35,675 bases of DNA, taken from contig MU005980.1 of assembly GCA_010093745.1 (NCBI GenBank), positions 211,440 to 247,114 on the forward strand, written 5' to 3'. Positions 9,134-21,256 of the stretch are shown here, piece after piece. Source of the stretch: Piedraia hortae CBS 480.64. Lineage: Eukaryota. Both the position numbers and the translations under genes were made by a program. Under the pieces are notes generated by a model. It ran no database searches. It saw only the letters and a list, made by a program, of their open reading frames with translations, and was not told where the DNA came from. Position 1 is the stretch's first letter. Every line of letters begins with the position of its first letter.

Positions 9134-11216
9134 GATTGGTTTTGTATATGTGGTCTTTGGATGTGTCGATGATGGGGTAGGTATTTAGAGTATGGGGAAT
9201 GAGGTACGGGGAGGAACTGGCTCGATGTACATGGCTTAGATTCAGGCACCATGCTCCATGTCAGGGCTGCTAAAGAATTGATAAAATAAATATCTTGGCA
9301 CGTTTTTGGCCTCAGGCACCATTTTATCATAAAAACTGGCGGCATCCATTGACGACAAAATAATGCCCGAGGCTAAAAAAGCGCCAAGATATTTCTTCCA
9401 TCTATTCTTCAACAGCCTTGCTCCATGCTGGGCACGTCTACGTTACCATCACATTTGTTACAGTGAGGCTAGTGATCATGTATCTTGTGCAGTAAGGCAT
9501 TGCTTTGCCTCGTCAGGACATGTACGACTGTGTAGTGAATTGCGTTGTGGAACCGGAAGAGCTTTCAAGGTGACCGTCGCAGGGATAGATATTTTTGTGT
9601 TACCTACTTCAATGCGAAGAGTTGAGAAAACCTTCATGTTTTCACGCGCCCTCTCTGGTGATTCTTACAGGCAAGCCTTCTCGTTTTATAATTGTTTCAT
9701 GGGCGCGGTTTACCAGGCGCGCACTATACAGACAAGGGGCTCTCGTGCAGGAGATCATGAGTATATAGCTGGCCCTCTGGCCCTCTCTAGCTTCCATACG
9801 AGACAATATCTTTCTTGAACCTGAGCACATGCACGTTCCCGGTGCTTTCCTTTGCAGTAATGGGGCCGCGTTATAGGCACTCCGACCTGAAGTATAATAT
9901 TGGCCATTCGAGGCGAGTCTTGATGTCGCACAGTGCTAAAAGACCTGAACGCTGTCATCACATTCGTAACGAAGCCATCTTCACTGCAATACATGACTGA
10001 CTCGTTCCCTGCAGCATAAACTGTGAACAAAAGACCACTTTTGCTACTGAACATCATTCTCATCGGCACTAGCGTGGTAGTAAGAGTGACGTACCATACG
10101 TTATCAGAAAATGGCCACAAGTCGATGACAGTAGGGCAAAGAGAAGTGAGGAGAGAACCAAGAAGCCGTATGCATGCTGATTTGTTTAGTGCTCCATATG
10201 TCAATTCTGGCTTGAATAATATAAAGCTTGTTGCAAAGTTAAATAAACTCTGTTGACAAGCCTTTTTGTACAATTAAGAAGTATTTCTCATTGAGTAATC
10301 ACTCTTGCGACATGAGCAGCAAAATAAGGGCAAGGAAAAATGCCATCTCATAACCGAGAATGTAATGTTGTCTATTTCGCGCCAATCCGTCGTTCTCTCC
10401 GTCATCAGACTTATTCACCATAATTTGCTGCCCTAATGAAGATCGTTTGCACGAGCGGCACTATCGCATGGTAGGATGCGTGACGGCTGAGCTCTTGGTA
10501 AACGAGGCAAACATGATAGCACGGTGAGCCTCATGCCAGATGAGTTAGATCGGTGAAGTTAGAACGCCCGAGGCTTCGCAGAGCTTTCTGCCTCATAGAG
10601 GAGTTTTCCCCTGTGACACGATCACGTCATCGCGTGGTCGCAGCAAATGCGGTCTGGCCAACTGTAGGACTGTGGAAGACGTTGCGTTAGCTCTTAGCAC
10701 GTAGAGACGTACACAATTACACACACCTTTTGACCCAGACTTCGCGTCTTACATGGGAGAGGTGGAGCAGTAGAGACTTCATAGTCACGTATTTTAAGAC
10801 ACGGCTGAAGCTCAATGTAAGAAGTTCTCCTACTATAGTTAGTGACAGATACTGAGCGTTGTGGAAACAATAGTCAACCGTTCCTAAACAGGGATGCCAA
10901 GTTTAAGATCCCCTGGGTAGAGAAAAGTCCGTGCAGTGCGTATAGGCCGCTTTGAAGCTCGCGCGGGTAGAATGCGACCTTTGAAATTCAGCGAGAGGTG
11001 GATCACGACTAATGCTACCTGTGGCGGCGTAATTGAAAGAGTTAGCGCTGACTGTGCAATTTCGGCAAAACTTCGTATTACTTTCTCAAATCACAAATCT
11101 TTCATATCACAGAGGAAGCGACGATATTCGCGAAACCAAGAAATTCGCAATATCCTTCACAATATCATCGCATCATTCGTCCCGATTCCACCCACTCCAT
11201 CGCTATACAATCAAAG

Positions 11217-12693
11217 ATGCGACGTCGTAAGGGCGCCAAGGGCAAAACCAAAAAGCATGGGGAACCTGCCGTGCGAAGATTGAATGTGATGCTTTCAAGA
11301 TAAATGCAACTACGGAAAACTTAGACCTCTCCACGAAAACGGCAGTCTCCAAGTCCGTTCAGGCATAAGTTTAGGACGACGTGGACGATGAGCGTGAGCC
11401 GAGTTTGAAGGTTACCTACCAAGCAGAAGACAACCAACCCTCAGAGTGCGCATTAAAACGATTGGCGAGAGGCAATCCTCATAAAAGGAGAAGCGCACCA
11501 CCCTTAGCAAGGAGTATCAAAAAGCCCAAGTGGTGGCTGGCCAGAGACGCGTGCAAAAGCGAAGACAAAAAATCGAAACCATCACGCAAGACAGTGCCGC
11601 GCCCATGTGGGGCATGGAAGAGTTAATCGTCCGACTGGTCGCACTGATGCTACAAGTCGAAGACGATCCCGACGTGGAGCCTGCAACAGAGCTCCTACAC
11701 AAAATGGTTTATCAAGCCGACAACAATTCCCCACTCTTGAGGACCAGATCGATGTCTCTTTCCGTATTGTTCACACCCTCATCCCCGGAGACGGTGCGCC
11801 GTTCCGCGCCCCAAGAACCGTATATCGGCAGTATTGATTGCATGAAGCTATTGCTAGAAGGAATCCGCAAAGTGCTCTCATTCCTGCAAAACGCCAGCGC
11901 AGACGTCGAACACATGTATGTCGAATCGACTACATTTCATGAGTTTGTCTCCACAGCCGGAGCCGCAAGGCTTATGCGAGAGTTGAGAGATGTGATGTCT
12001 TTGCAAGAGCCCTAATGTCAAACAGTGTTCGATGCTCGTTGTATTCTCCAACAAAGTGCCATGGAAAGCCTGCAGGGGCTGGACTGTATGGGAGGAACTG
12101 GCAAGAACGAGGGATTGGAGCGAGATACTTTGATCATGAAAGAAGAGGTTGAGAAATAGCAAAAGCAGGCAGGGCATCTTCTTCTTGAGAAGATCGAGTT
12201 TGGCTTTGATGAGGCCGAAAAGAGACAAATGTTCCGCAGATGCAAGGTGTATTCTGCTCTCATAGATCCTGCGAATTTTCCTAGGCCGTCCGACGACGAG
12301 TGTGCGGTTGCTCAGTTTGAAAATCTTGTGGAAGAGAGCGAAAACATTACGCAGAAATTAGCCAAGGGAACTATCCCAGCTGTGAGCAAAACACCACAAG
12401 AGCCTTCCCCACCCAGTGAAGAATCGAGCGCTGAAGACACCAAAAGCAAGGCTGCAAAAGAGACACTATAGCTTACAAAAGGCCAAAAACGGCGGTGTTA
12501 CGAGCTGTATGCCCCGGCGGAAGCAGATGTCGTACCCAAAGAAGCAGGGTCAAGATCAGAGAACAAGCCCAAAGCGAACGGCGAGGTCGAAAGAAGCAAC
12601 AAACGGGATGGAAATGCCTTCAATGAAAGTCAGTCTCTTCAGATGGTCAGACCTGAAGCAGGCAACGACGCTGCCGCAAGAGTGAAAAAATGA
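11217..12693 (+). pseudogene. Decayed gene for a charged hypothetical protein (boundaries approximate)
   Basis: One frame runs 11530-12693, broken only by TAA 12013, TAG 12157 and TAG 12469. An upstream frame has TAA 11366 and TAG 11372, plus apparent frameshifts. The read-through translation is K/E-rich and protein-like. No family recognised. Confidence 0.55.
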
Positions 12694-12736
12694 ATCCGCA
12701 GTAAAGGACGATTGCAATAACGAACGAAACTACCGC

Positions 12737-12755
12737 AAAAAAAAAAAAAAAAAAA
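12737..12755 (+). repeat. Poly(A) tract, A19
   Basis: Directly visible homopolymer. Confidence 0.9.
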
Positions 12756-13172
12756 CCACAAGAAAGTGACGCCATCACATCAAACGAGCCAATGAGTAGT
12801 CCCCAAGCGAATACCCAGCAAGAAAATCATGCTGTAGCTGAGCTATTTCAATACCAAACACTGCTTTGATAGTGCTAGAATAGCAAGGTACAACAACGGA
12901 GACTCTTCGTGAAATGTAGTTTTTTCAAAAGAGTCACTTGACGTGCAAAGTGAGACCCTTAGCTTGTAAAATATCGATATGGCACATCTTCAAAGCAAGA
13001 GCTTTCAAGGAAACTCGTTTATAGCCACGTTGGATGGTTGTGTGTCGCGCATTTTACGTTATATCTGGCTTGCGCGCAGTATGAATGTGCGCACGCAGTG
13101 GGGAAGCATTGCAAAACTAACCAGAAGTTGAGTAACTTATGGCACTGATGCCTTTCGCGCGGGGGTATCGCC

Positions 13173-13657
13173 TGTAGCGATTTGGCTCCCGAGTGTGAGA
13201 GTGCGCAGCGGCCCGAAGAGGACGAAGCGATAGACAGAAACAGGGACAGGACAGATGCAGATGGATATGAGTCAATACCAGTGTCGATATGACAATGTGA
13301 ATATGACTATCAGTTGAAGGATGTGTCACGTGATGACTATGTACAGCATCCTTTCATGTATGCAGCACAAATAACAATACTATTATTCATGTCTTAGTGT
13401 ACTCACACTATCAGTTCGTCCCCTTTAACTCTATCTATCTCTATGAGGGGACGTCAGAATGAAAATTTCTACCGATGGGCCGGTGACGTCGCGTCGTACA
13501 CTAGCAGGCCGCATTCACCATGTCACACATGACATGACCCTGAGGGAAAACCTCTGTGAAGGAAAAACCCAGGGTGCAGCTGGTAGTGTAGGAGGTATCG
13601 CTGACTTGCTATGCAAGTGCCCTGCATACGCGCTAGCGGCGATGCTTGAATCCAACA
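13173..13657 (-). mobile_element. Solo LTR, copy 2, inverted relative to copy 1 and carrying a nested insertion
   Basis: TGTAGC...CCAACA flanked by the exact 5-bp direct repeat TCGCC (13168-13172 and 13658-13662). Its reverse complement aligns to 4672-5045. Confidence 0.9.
13312..13430. mobile_element. 119-bp nested insertion (MITE-like or mini solo LTR)
   Basis: Absent from LTR copy 1. Ends AGTTGAAGG...CCTTTAACT form an imperfect inverted repeat, and CTATC is duplicated on both sides (13307-13311 and 13431-13435). The first 26 bp recur exactly at 34681-34706. Confidence 0.8.
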
Positions 13658-13791
13658 TCGCCAAGACAGCCCCTCTCAACTGTACTCCACTCTGCGTCAA
13701 ATCATCTCCCCAAACCCACAATCACAAACACAACGCTTCTGTACGTTATATGAACACGCTAACAACAAAAATATCCACTATGCTCCTACGA

Positions 13792-14988
13792 TCATCTAAA
13801 AACGCGTCTAATCAACCCCCCCTCCTCCTTCTTCCTCTCCTTAATTTTGCTCGTCTCCTTCGCCCTACTCGAATGATGGCTCTTCCCACTTTCCGAATGC
13901 ACCTTCTTGCTCTTCTCATCCTTATGTTTCTTCTTCTTTTTATCCTTCTTCAAATCCTTCTCAGTAAGAACCCCCTCACTAACCAGCGTCTTCGCAGCTT
14001 TCTGCGTGATGAACTCGCCCTCACCTGATCCGCCCTCCATATTAGGATCGAGAACGATCCCTCGTCTCCAGAGTTCGATTCCATCAAGCTCTTGCAGCTC
14101 TTCCGGCTCATCAGGGGCTTCGATCGTGTTGGAGGTGAAAGCTTCCACGGCGTTGGCCTTGGATTCTCGGATCTTCTTTACGATTTTGTATCCGCCGAGC
14201 ATGACGATTGTGATGCCGACGCCTGCACCAACGGCGATAGCGAACTGGGGGGATGCGAGTAAGGCGACGATAGCTGGGAAGGAGCTTTTGAGTGACATGA
14301 GGGCACCGGGAGCGAGTTTGCTTGCTAGAGTTGAGATTTCGGCGAGTGCGAGGCCAACGGCGGCGAGGGATTCGGGGTCTTTTTGGAGGTTGGTAATTGT
14401 TGTCGTTACACTGTGTGAGACACAGGAGAGCTCGTCGAGCATGACTTGTAGGGATGACATCTTCTCCCGGAGCATGACTTCGTTTTGGTGAGGTGTGGTT
14501 CCTACTGGGGGAGGGACGAATGGACCATAGGCTAATGCCATATCGACTTCTTCTTTAGTCTGCTTGGGCACAGCTGTGGCTGGCGCAGCGATGGTTGCTG
14601 TGTGGCGTCGCGTCAGCTCCCCACAGGGGCGGGAAGGGACGGAGGAGGCATTGTCGGGGGTAAAAGTCTCGGTATATCCCCTCTCTAAGACGGGCCGCGA
14701 GGTGCCAGATCCCCGCTGAGATCCAGATCCTCTTCGTGAAGCTGCGGCATCATGAGAGTGCTTCCGAAAGTGACTGCCCTCGCCTCTTGTGCTGCGTTTG
14801 TTGCTTTGCGATGCGGATTTCGCGGCTTCAATGCGCCGAATCTCGTCGACGCGTCGAAAGGCCTTGATCTCAGCTTTCTTTTCGTCGTAGGCTAGTTTAG
14901 CGTCCTTGAAGACGTTGACGAGATGCTTGGAGGTCTTGATAACCTTGCCGGATTGATTGACAATGGTTACTGTTTGGTTGAGGGGCAT
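13792..14988 (-). CDS. Fungal hypothetical protein, ~398 aa, with a hydrophobic segment and Lys-rich tail
   Basis: Long ORF. MPLNQTVTIVNQSGKVIKTSKHLVNVFKDAK N-terminus, central LAAVGLALAEIS...FPAIVALLASPQFAIAVGAGVGITIVMLGGYKIVKK block, and IELWRRGI. An alternative ATG lies at 15003. Confidence 0.85.
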   Translation of the reverse strand: MPLNQTVTIVNQSGKVIKTSKHLVNVFKDAKLAYDEKKAEIKAFRRVDEIRRIEAAKSASQSNKRSTRGEGSHFRKHSHDAAASRRGSGSQRGSGTSRPVLERGYTETFTPDNASSVPSRPCGELTRRHTATIAAPATAVPKQTKEEVDMALAYGPFVPPPVGTTPHQNEVMLREKMSSLQVMLDELSCVSHSVTTTITNLQKDPESLAAVGLALAEISTLASKLAPGALMSLKSSFPAIVALLASPQFAIAVGAGVGITIVMLGGYKIVKKIRESKANAVEAFTSNTIEAPDEPEELQELDGIELWRRGIVLDPNMEGGSGEGEFITQKAAKTLVSEGVLTEKDLKKDKKKKKHKDEKSKKVHSESGKSHHSSRAKETSKIKERKKEEGGLIRRVFR

Positions 14989-15482
14989 CGTCACACAATG
15001 CAAGGCGCAGTGTTTGATGCTCTTAATGGCTTTCTGGAGAACGAAGGAAGTGGGTTTTTTATTATGAGTGGAACAGGGTCACCGGACCCTTTGGGCATCT
15101 CTTCTCTTGATTATCTACCCAACCGACGCCTATTGGCCAGAACCAGCCACACACAGGTGAGCCACACACGGCCCCTGGAAGCCAAGCCATTTTCTGCATG
15201 GGTGGCTGAGCACATGGCGGATGACACGCGTCACCACCTGCTTTGGGCTTAGCGTGTCCGGTTGACATACGTCATCTGCACGCCTCACGCCATGACCCGT
15301 TGACATCAACCGTCACTGACACTGTTCTCCCAACGATCGATAGAGCGCATTCGTGGTCCATAAACCTGTAGAGAACAAATCTCCCATTTTTCGGATGTCC
15401 TGTCAGGCTGCCAATTCAACACCAAATTGTGTGCATTAGAGATTGGATTTTAGGTACAAAAATACCAGACAAACTCTCCGGT

Positions 15483-18400
15483 CTACGAAAGGTGAAAAGC
15501 ACCTTGACCTTCCTTGATCGCCACCCCAATTTTCTCTCGCAAAATCTCTAGGCTGCTGTAGTCTGGCATTTTCAGGTAATTGGCGCAAGTCATGACGCTT
15601 GGCAGGTAATCATCCGAAGTCAGGGGAGGTTCGCTGGGCTTGCAGACCACCGTAAACATGGGCGTCAGGGCTTTGAATCCTTGGAAATAGTCAGCTCAGC
15701 TCAATGAACTCTGACTCACGATACTCACCGCCGATAGGCAGCTTGGGGCTGCCAGTGACAAACTTCAAAAAGTCTCGGCGTTCCTGGGGCGTGTATTCGG
15801 ACATGACTTGCAACAAGTTGCGTACGCTCTTGCTGTCCAGGTTAAAACCGTGATCGGCCTTGATGGAATCGAGCAAAAGCTCCAAAGACCAGTCTTCTTC
15901 TGCCTTCCCAAACAACATGACCAGCTCGTCTGGAGTGAAGGCCTTCAACGCCGAAAAAGGAAAGACTTTGGAGAAGCCGCGTTTGAAAGCATCGGCTTGT
16001 TGCTTCACACCAGACCCCACTGTGACCTCAATGACTTTTTGCACATATAGGTCGATGTTGTCAATAGTGACATCCTTCGTTGCACCCCCAGGCACAAGCT
16101 CAATGTGCGGATAGCCCGGCAGTGTAAACTCTAGACCCAAATCTTCGATGGTAGCATCATGCACCCGGACATGTTTCAATTTAAGCTGCTTTTGCTGAGC
16201 AGAAAGTCGCTTGTCTTTGACGATTTCTTTTTTGATGACAATGTACTTGCTGAGCATTGCGAGAGACTGAGCCAAATCCGGGTCCACCGCGGCTACTGCG
16301 CGAAGTGACGGAGTCTCAGTACCGATCTTGAAGAAATAGGGATTGAAGTTCACATCGATGATGCGGGAATCAAGCATAGAACGCGCAACAAACCTGCCCA
16401 GTACCTTAAACATGTGCAGTACACGCTTTCCCTCCTCAGTTGTGGCCATTTTGGCCGTCATAGGCGCGGGGAAGAGACCGGTCTTACTGTAGGCATATTC
16501 GCTCGTGTTTGCCAGGCCGTTCGTGCGCCACATATTTGTCTTTTTGGCGCTGAATTCGTTGGAAACGGTAGAGTAGAATTCCAACGTGGGCCCTAGACCG
16601 GTACCGACCTCTCCAAAATACTCAACCTCAAGCACGCTTTGCAGATGACCGTAGAGCTCCATGACCTTGATAGCGGACTCTAGGATACGCTCTCGCTGAA
16701 TGCGCACCTTTTGGCGCTGTACCCTCGACAGTTGCAGTCTCTCCACACGAACACGCCTTGCCTCATTGTCCAGCTGAGAGCTCTGCCAACGTGCCATTGA
16801 ACGGCTGTACCCGAAAGAGGTGGACTGAAGGAGCAAGTGGCGAGTTTGAAAAGGGAAGAGAAAAGGGAACAGTCGGGTCAAATCCTCGATCCAGGTGGGA
16901 AGACACTGGCTAGCCACGATGAGAGGCTCGTCCAGCTGTCTATTAAGCTTCGCCGTCAGCTTAGTGTTGATAAACTGCGACTGGGCTTCTGCTTGAGATC
17001 CCGCAGTGTCCTTGAACTTGTGCAGTATGCTCATCAAGCGCAGGATGGTACACGTGAGCGGGTGTTTTTCAAGTGAAGTGGGAAGACCGGATTCGGTGTC
17101 GGATGAGCTTGCATTACTGGACGAGGCAACGCCCGGCGAGCTCGGCGGCGGACCTGGCGCCTTCTTGAACTGAATTGCATGTGTGGTGGTCCAGAAGTTG
17201 CGGGACGATACTTCAACATCCTGGCCAAAATGGCACGCCTTAAAAACTGTTGTATCGTTTGGAATCGGCCGACCATCAACACTAAACTCAATGTGCCAGT
17301 CTTGCGGCTCTGACTGCAGCGCCGAAGCGTAGCTCAGCTGTCGGGCTGGCGTCGGCGTGGCTTCCCGTGGGGAGGGTTGACGAGCAGCCGGGCGGCTCTG
17401 GCTCGAAGCAACTGTGGACGGTGTCTGGATGCGAGACCCATTGTCTGTACGAGCAGTGACTTTTCCGGAATTGCCGACCTCGACCGTGACGGCAGATGGA
17501 TCCGCAGAGTCCTGCTCCAGCCCACCGTCCTCCAGCTCGTCAACCAAAGCATCCAGATCGGCGTCCAAATCATCGTCATCGTCATCTTCCTCCTCGATTT
17601 GGGCTTCGTCGACACACTCAAGCGGCTCCTGCGACTCTTCTTCGTTTGCGGGTGGCGGCTGCGTGGAAGCACCAGCCTGGGACGACTGCCTACGCGACCT
17701 TCCCGGTCGACTGGAACCTTCTCTTGTCATCAATGGCCAATCATCGTCCGGCCTTGAAGTACTGGCCCTGCCGCCAAACGGATTGCCAGTATTTCCACCA
17801 GCAGGCGATTCAGTCGACCCAATTCTGCGGCTAGCGGCGGCGATGCTATAAGCCGCAGCCATCATACTATGTAAATGCTCGCGGCGTGCACTTCTAGGAC
17901 GCTCCATAGAGCTCATACGCGGTCGTAGATAGCTGTCCAAAGCTTTGAACGTGGCAACTGCATGAATGGACACAATGATATTGCGTAGATGGCTTGGAAT
18001 GCCGGAATTCTCATCAGCAACCAGTTTAATGCGCAGCTGCTTTGAAAGCATCATGGCCGCCGAACTGCGGCTACTATCCGCAGTGGGATGCTGGACGGTG
18101 AGAACTTCAAAGTGCTCCGCACGGCTCAGTAAGTCTTGCAACTTTGCCACAAAGATGCTGAATGGGGAAGCTGACGAGCTTCCTTTGGGCATAAATGCCT
18201 CCTTCAGGTCACCTTGGGCTTTGCTGGCCAGCTTCTCATCGTTCGTCTCAAAGATGGACAGCAACACATTCACGATGTTAGACGCCATCAACTCGTAACT
18301 GGTAATGCCCTCGAGGGCACTCCCGTCAAAATATCGCGCAAGACGTGCAAAGACATTTGGACCGCCTGTAGCAGTATCATCGCTGTACGCCTTTTGCAAA

Positions 18401-20679
18401 TCAGCGGCAAGACTCTGGAGGCTGTCGAGCACATGGGACGCCTTTTCACGCATCTTTGGAGAGCCCTCGTTTCCGTGCGTCGCGATAAATTTTTTAGCCC
18501 TCATCGTGATAACGTCGTCGGGAAGAGGAAAAGCTCGAAGCATAGCGGCCCTATAAGCGTGAATATCCTCATCCTCATCCTCATCGTCATGATTGTGATC
18601 GTCTTCTCCGCCGTACTCATTCCCAACATCTTCCCCGTCTTCGTCATCCTCGACTTCATCGCCCTCGCCCTGTTGAAGCGGACGTTCAGCCAGCTTAGCG
18701 ATCTCGGCCATGACACCCTCGCGGTAAAACTGCGGGCGGTAGATGGACTCTAGTCGCTTGAGCAGTAATTCGGCAGCTTGCAGAGCATAGGTAACCAATG
18801 AGGAATCCTCGTGTTGGGTGAGAATGGACGCCAAGTGGGACGCGTAAGGGACTCCACAAAGGGCTTCTTCTAAGATGTTACTGTCCAAGTTTGACAGCAT
18901 CTTGAGCTGAGCATCCAAAACCTTTTGGCGGACTCCTAGGTTCACAGTGCTGGTAAACGTGTACATGAGGGTGGGGAAGAGGATCACGGAAAAGCGTTTG
19001 ACTTCATCTGGACAGCCCTTGAGCAGTTCCAGCTTCTTCTCATTAGGCGCCTTTTTAGAACGAGTGGACATTGACACCGACGGTGGTCCGGACTGAGGCT
19101 TGGTTTGCAAGTCATCCAGAAAGATCAGATCGTCTCGGGCAATGGTCGGCAACACTTCGCAGATGACGTTTAGCGTCTCGTATATTTGCGCCTTGGGCGT
19201 GCGGATAACAGCTTGCATGATGATATTCTGGTCAATTTCGGACGCAATGTTATCCATGCCAGCGGGTGCAGAGACTCCGGTGAGAATCTGGTAGAGAGTA
19301 TCGACAACATTCATTTTCAGCAACTCGACAGACAAGCGAGGACTGGCACGAGCGCTGATCGAAAGCAGACGGAGAAACTGCGTGTGGATGGCGGGGCCAA
19401 TCATGTTGGTCGAGCCAGGCAGCAGGAGGCGGAGAACAGCCTGAAGCAGTTTGGCCCTGACCAGCTTTTCCAGCTTGTCTGGCGACGACTGGAAGCTGTC
19501 GACGATGCGGGATACGCACAGCGACGTCTGCTCCACAACTTTTTGGTCGCTGCCACCCAGTGTGTCCTCCAACGTGGGCATTACATCGAGCACGGCAGGG
19601 AAGTGCTCTTGCTGGAGGTTCCGGCAGCAGTTGGCTGCCGTCGTCACCGCCGTTCGCTGGGTGCTGGTGGCAAAGAAGTCAAGGTTGCCCAAACAGGCGC
19701 GCAGGCCGCCTTCCTTTACGATCGACGCCGGGAACTCAGTTGAGATCTTCTGCAGCGTTGTCAAAGCCTGCTCAGCGACATCGATGAACTGCATCTCCAG
19801 AAGCATGTTGCAGAGCACGGGCACAGCATTGCCGTAAACCACATTGACCGTTGCCGACGGAAGGGCCTCCATGAGGTTGCCCAGGCACCGGCAGGCAAGC
19901 AGCATCAGCTCGACATTGGCCTCTTGGAATGGGCTTGGCTGCATCAGCGCCACAAGCTGCTCGATAAACTGGTCCGAGGGGAAGTTTCCTGACAGAGCAT
20001 CTTCGTTAGTCATCAGTAGGGCCTCTGAAAGCTCTTGCAACGCCGCCATTTGCACCATTTGGTCATCGCTGGTCTTCAACTGCTCAAGCATGCCCCGGAA
20101 ACGTTGCGGGGACCCTGTCATAAGGTCTCCAAACATGCGGAAAGGGTTGTAGCGTCCAGGCCCGGCGAGGCTGTCGAGAAGACCACGGGAAAACGGGTCG
20201 ACATCTTCTTCAGACTCAGCATCTTCTTCTTCTTCGGGCCGGGGCGCCTCAGCCTCAGTGTCCCGCTGGCTTGCCTCCCGGTCGGCGTCTTTCATGGCCA
20301 CGTCCTGTGCTTTTTTGGCGGCCTTCTTGCTCTTACGCGACGCAGAGCCGGTTGTGGTGTTGGCGACATCTGTATTGCCCGACTTCCGGCGGCTGGATTT
20401 CCTCCGCGACGAGCTCTGAGGACTCTGCTGCGGAGTTGCGTCGCGGGCAGACGACGGCGCTGACATGTCGGTGGCCCTGGACTTACCCCGCGTCCTCTCC
20501 GCTTCGGCGTCTCCCCTAACCCTCTTGCTCCGCCGACTCGGCTGTGCGGGGGTGGGCGACTCGGCTGTGGCCTTCCTCTTCCGCGAGGCTGGCGGCGAGG
20601 TAGGAGCGGTTGAGGACGACGGGCGGCTATCGGATTCGGCACGAAGTCTCGCTGCTGAGCGAGTTACTCTAGGGGACAT
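15483..20679 (-). CDS. UFD4: HECT E3 ubiquitin ligase Ufd4/TRIP12 family, ~1715 aa; exons 20679-15729, 15679-15483
   Basis: ARM region ([23 protein letters not shown]), [16 protein letters not shown], and a HECT domain ([26 protein letters not shown]). A 49-nt intron GTGAGT..CTGAC..AAG adds [12 protein letters not shown]...[17 protein letters not shown]...GQGAFHLS* with the catalytic Cys. Confidence 0.96.
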
Positions 20680-21256
20680 CTGTGAGCCGCAGTGCTCGCT
20701 ATGATGGCGGCCACAGCCTCACAAAGAGTGGCTGTATATGTGGGATGTGGTGGGAGTGTGTGCACGGGTCATGCGGATAAGGTGGTGTGTGAGGCGGAGG
20801 GAGGCGGAGGTGGGTGATGCGTGGCGATAAGAGGGGTGGAGCGAAGGTGGGGTGTTTGGGGAAAGGAGGGTGTTAGGCGTGTGTACCTATGAAGTGGGTA
20901 TGAAGCAGGTATGATGTATGAGGCAGGAGAGGTAGGAGGGGCAAGGCAGCGTACGACGTGACAGAGGAACAGTGGGCAAAAAGGAGCAGCTACTTGCCTC
21001 TTAAAGTCGCTTCTGTCACTGCGGTGTGTTGTTCCGCTCATGAACGTCGTCGTGGTGAATGATGACTCAGAGACTTGCGGCTGCTTTGTGCGACGCGTGA
21101 ACGCTACCTGAAACTGGACGCGATTGTGAGGCATCCACCATTGTTATGGATAAGACGGTCACTCTGATCAAACGCGCTTACAATCGAGGTCCCTAAGACA
21201 GGCCGTCACCTTTGACTCATGGCATAGCTGCCACCGCCGAGCAATTGAACATAGAA

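Noticed and set aside
9363..10273. ORFs 9363-9818 (+) and 9755-10273 (-) as genes
   Set aside because: No recognisable motifs or convincing start context. They may be decayed sequence but cannot be supported.
11217..12693. Stop-codon reassignment (TAA/TAG read as Gln)
   Set aside because: Conserved genes here end at TAG (BiP after HDEL, UFD4) and TAA (HOT), and the affected loci also contain frameshifts.
12737..12755. Poly(A) tail of a retrocopy or LINE
   Set aside because: No TSD or RT remnant was found, and the sequence after the tract still looks like coding decay, so a slipped Lys-codon run is equally likely.
12900..13120. Faint similarity among 5190-5390, 8300-8370 and 12900-13120 (e.g. 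GTGCGCAC-type words, CxHxxC-like translation)
   Set aside because: Matches are short and gapped, and no consistent reading frame emerges. Indistinguishable from chance without alignment statistics.
4672..13657. A single 9-kb TIR transposon or cargo-carrying (Starship-like) element that captured the TBP paralog
   Set aside because: The outer flanks (TACCA vs TCGCC) do not match each other, while each repeat has its own TSD, so these are two independent solo LTRs. No transposase or tyrosine recombinase is visible inside.
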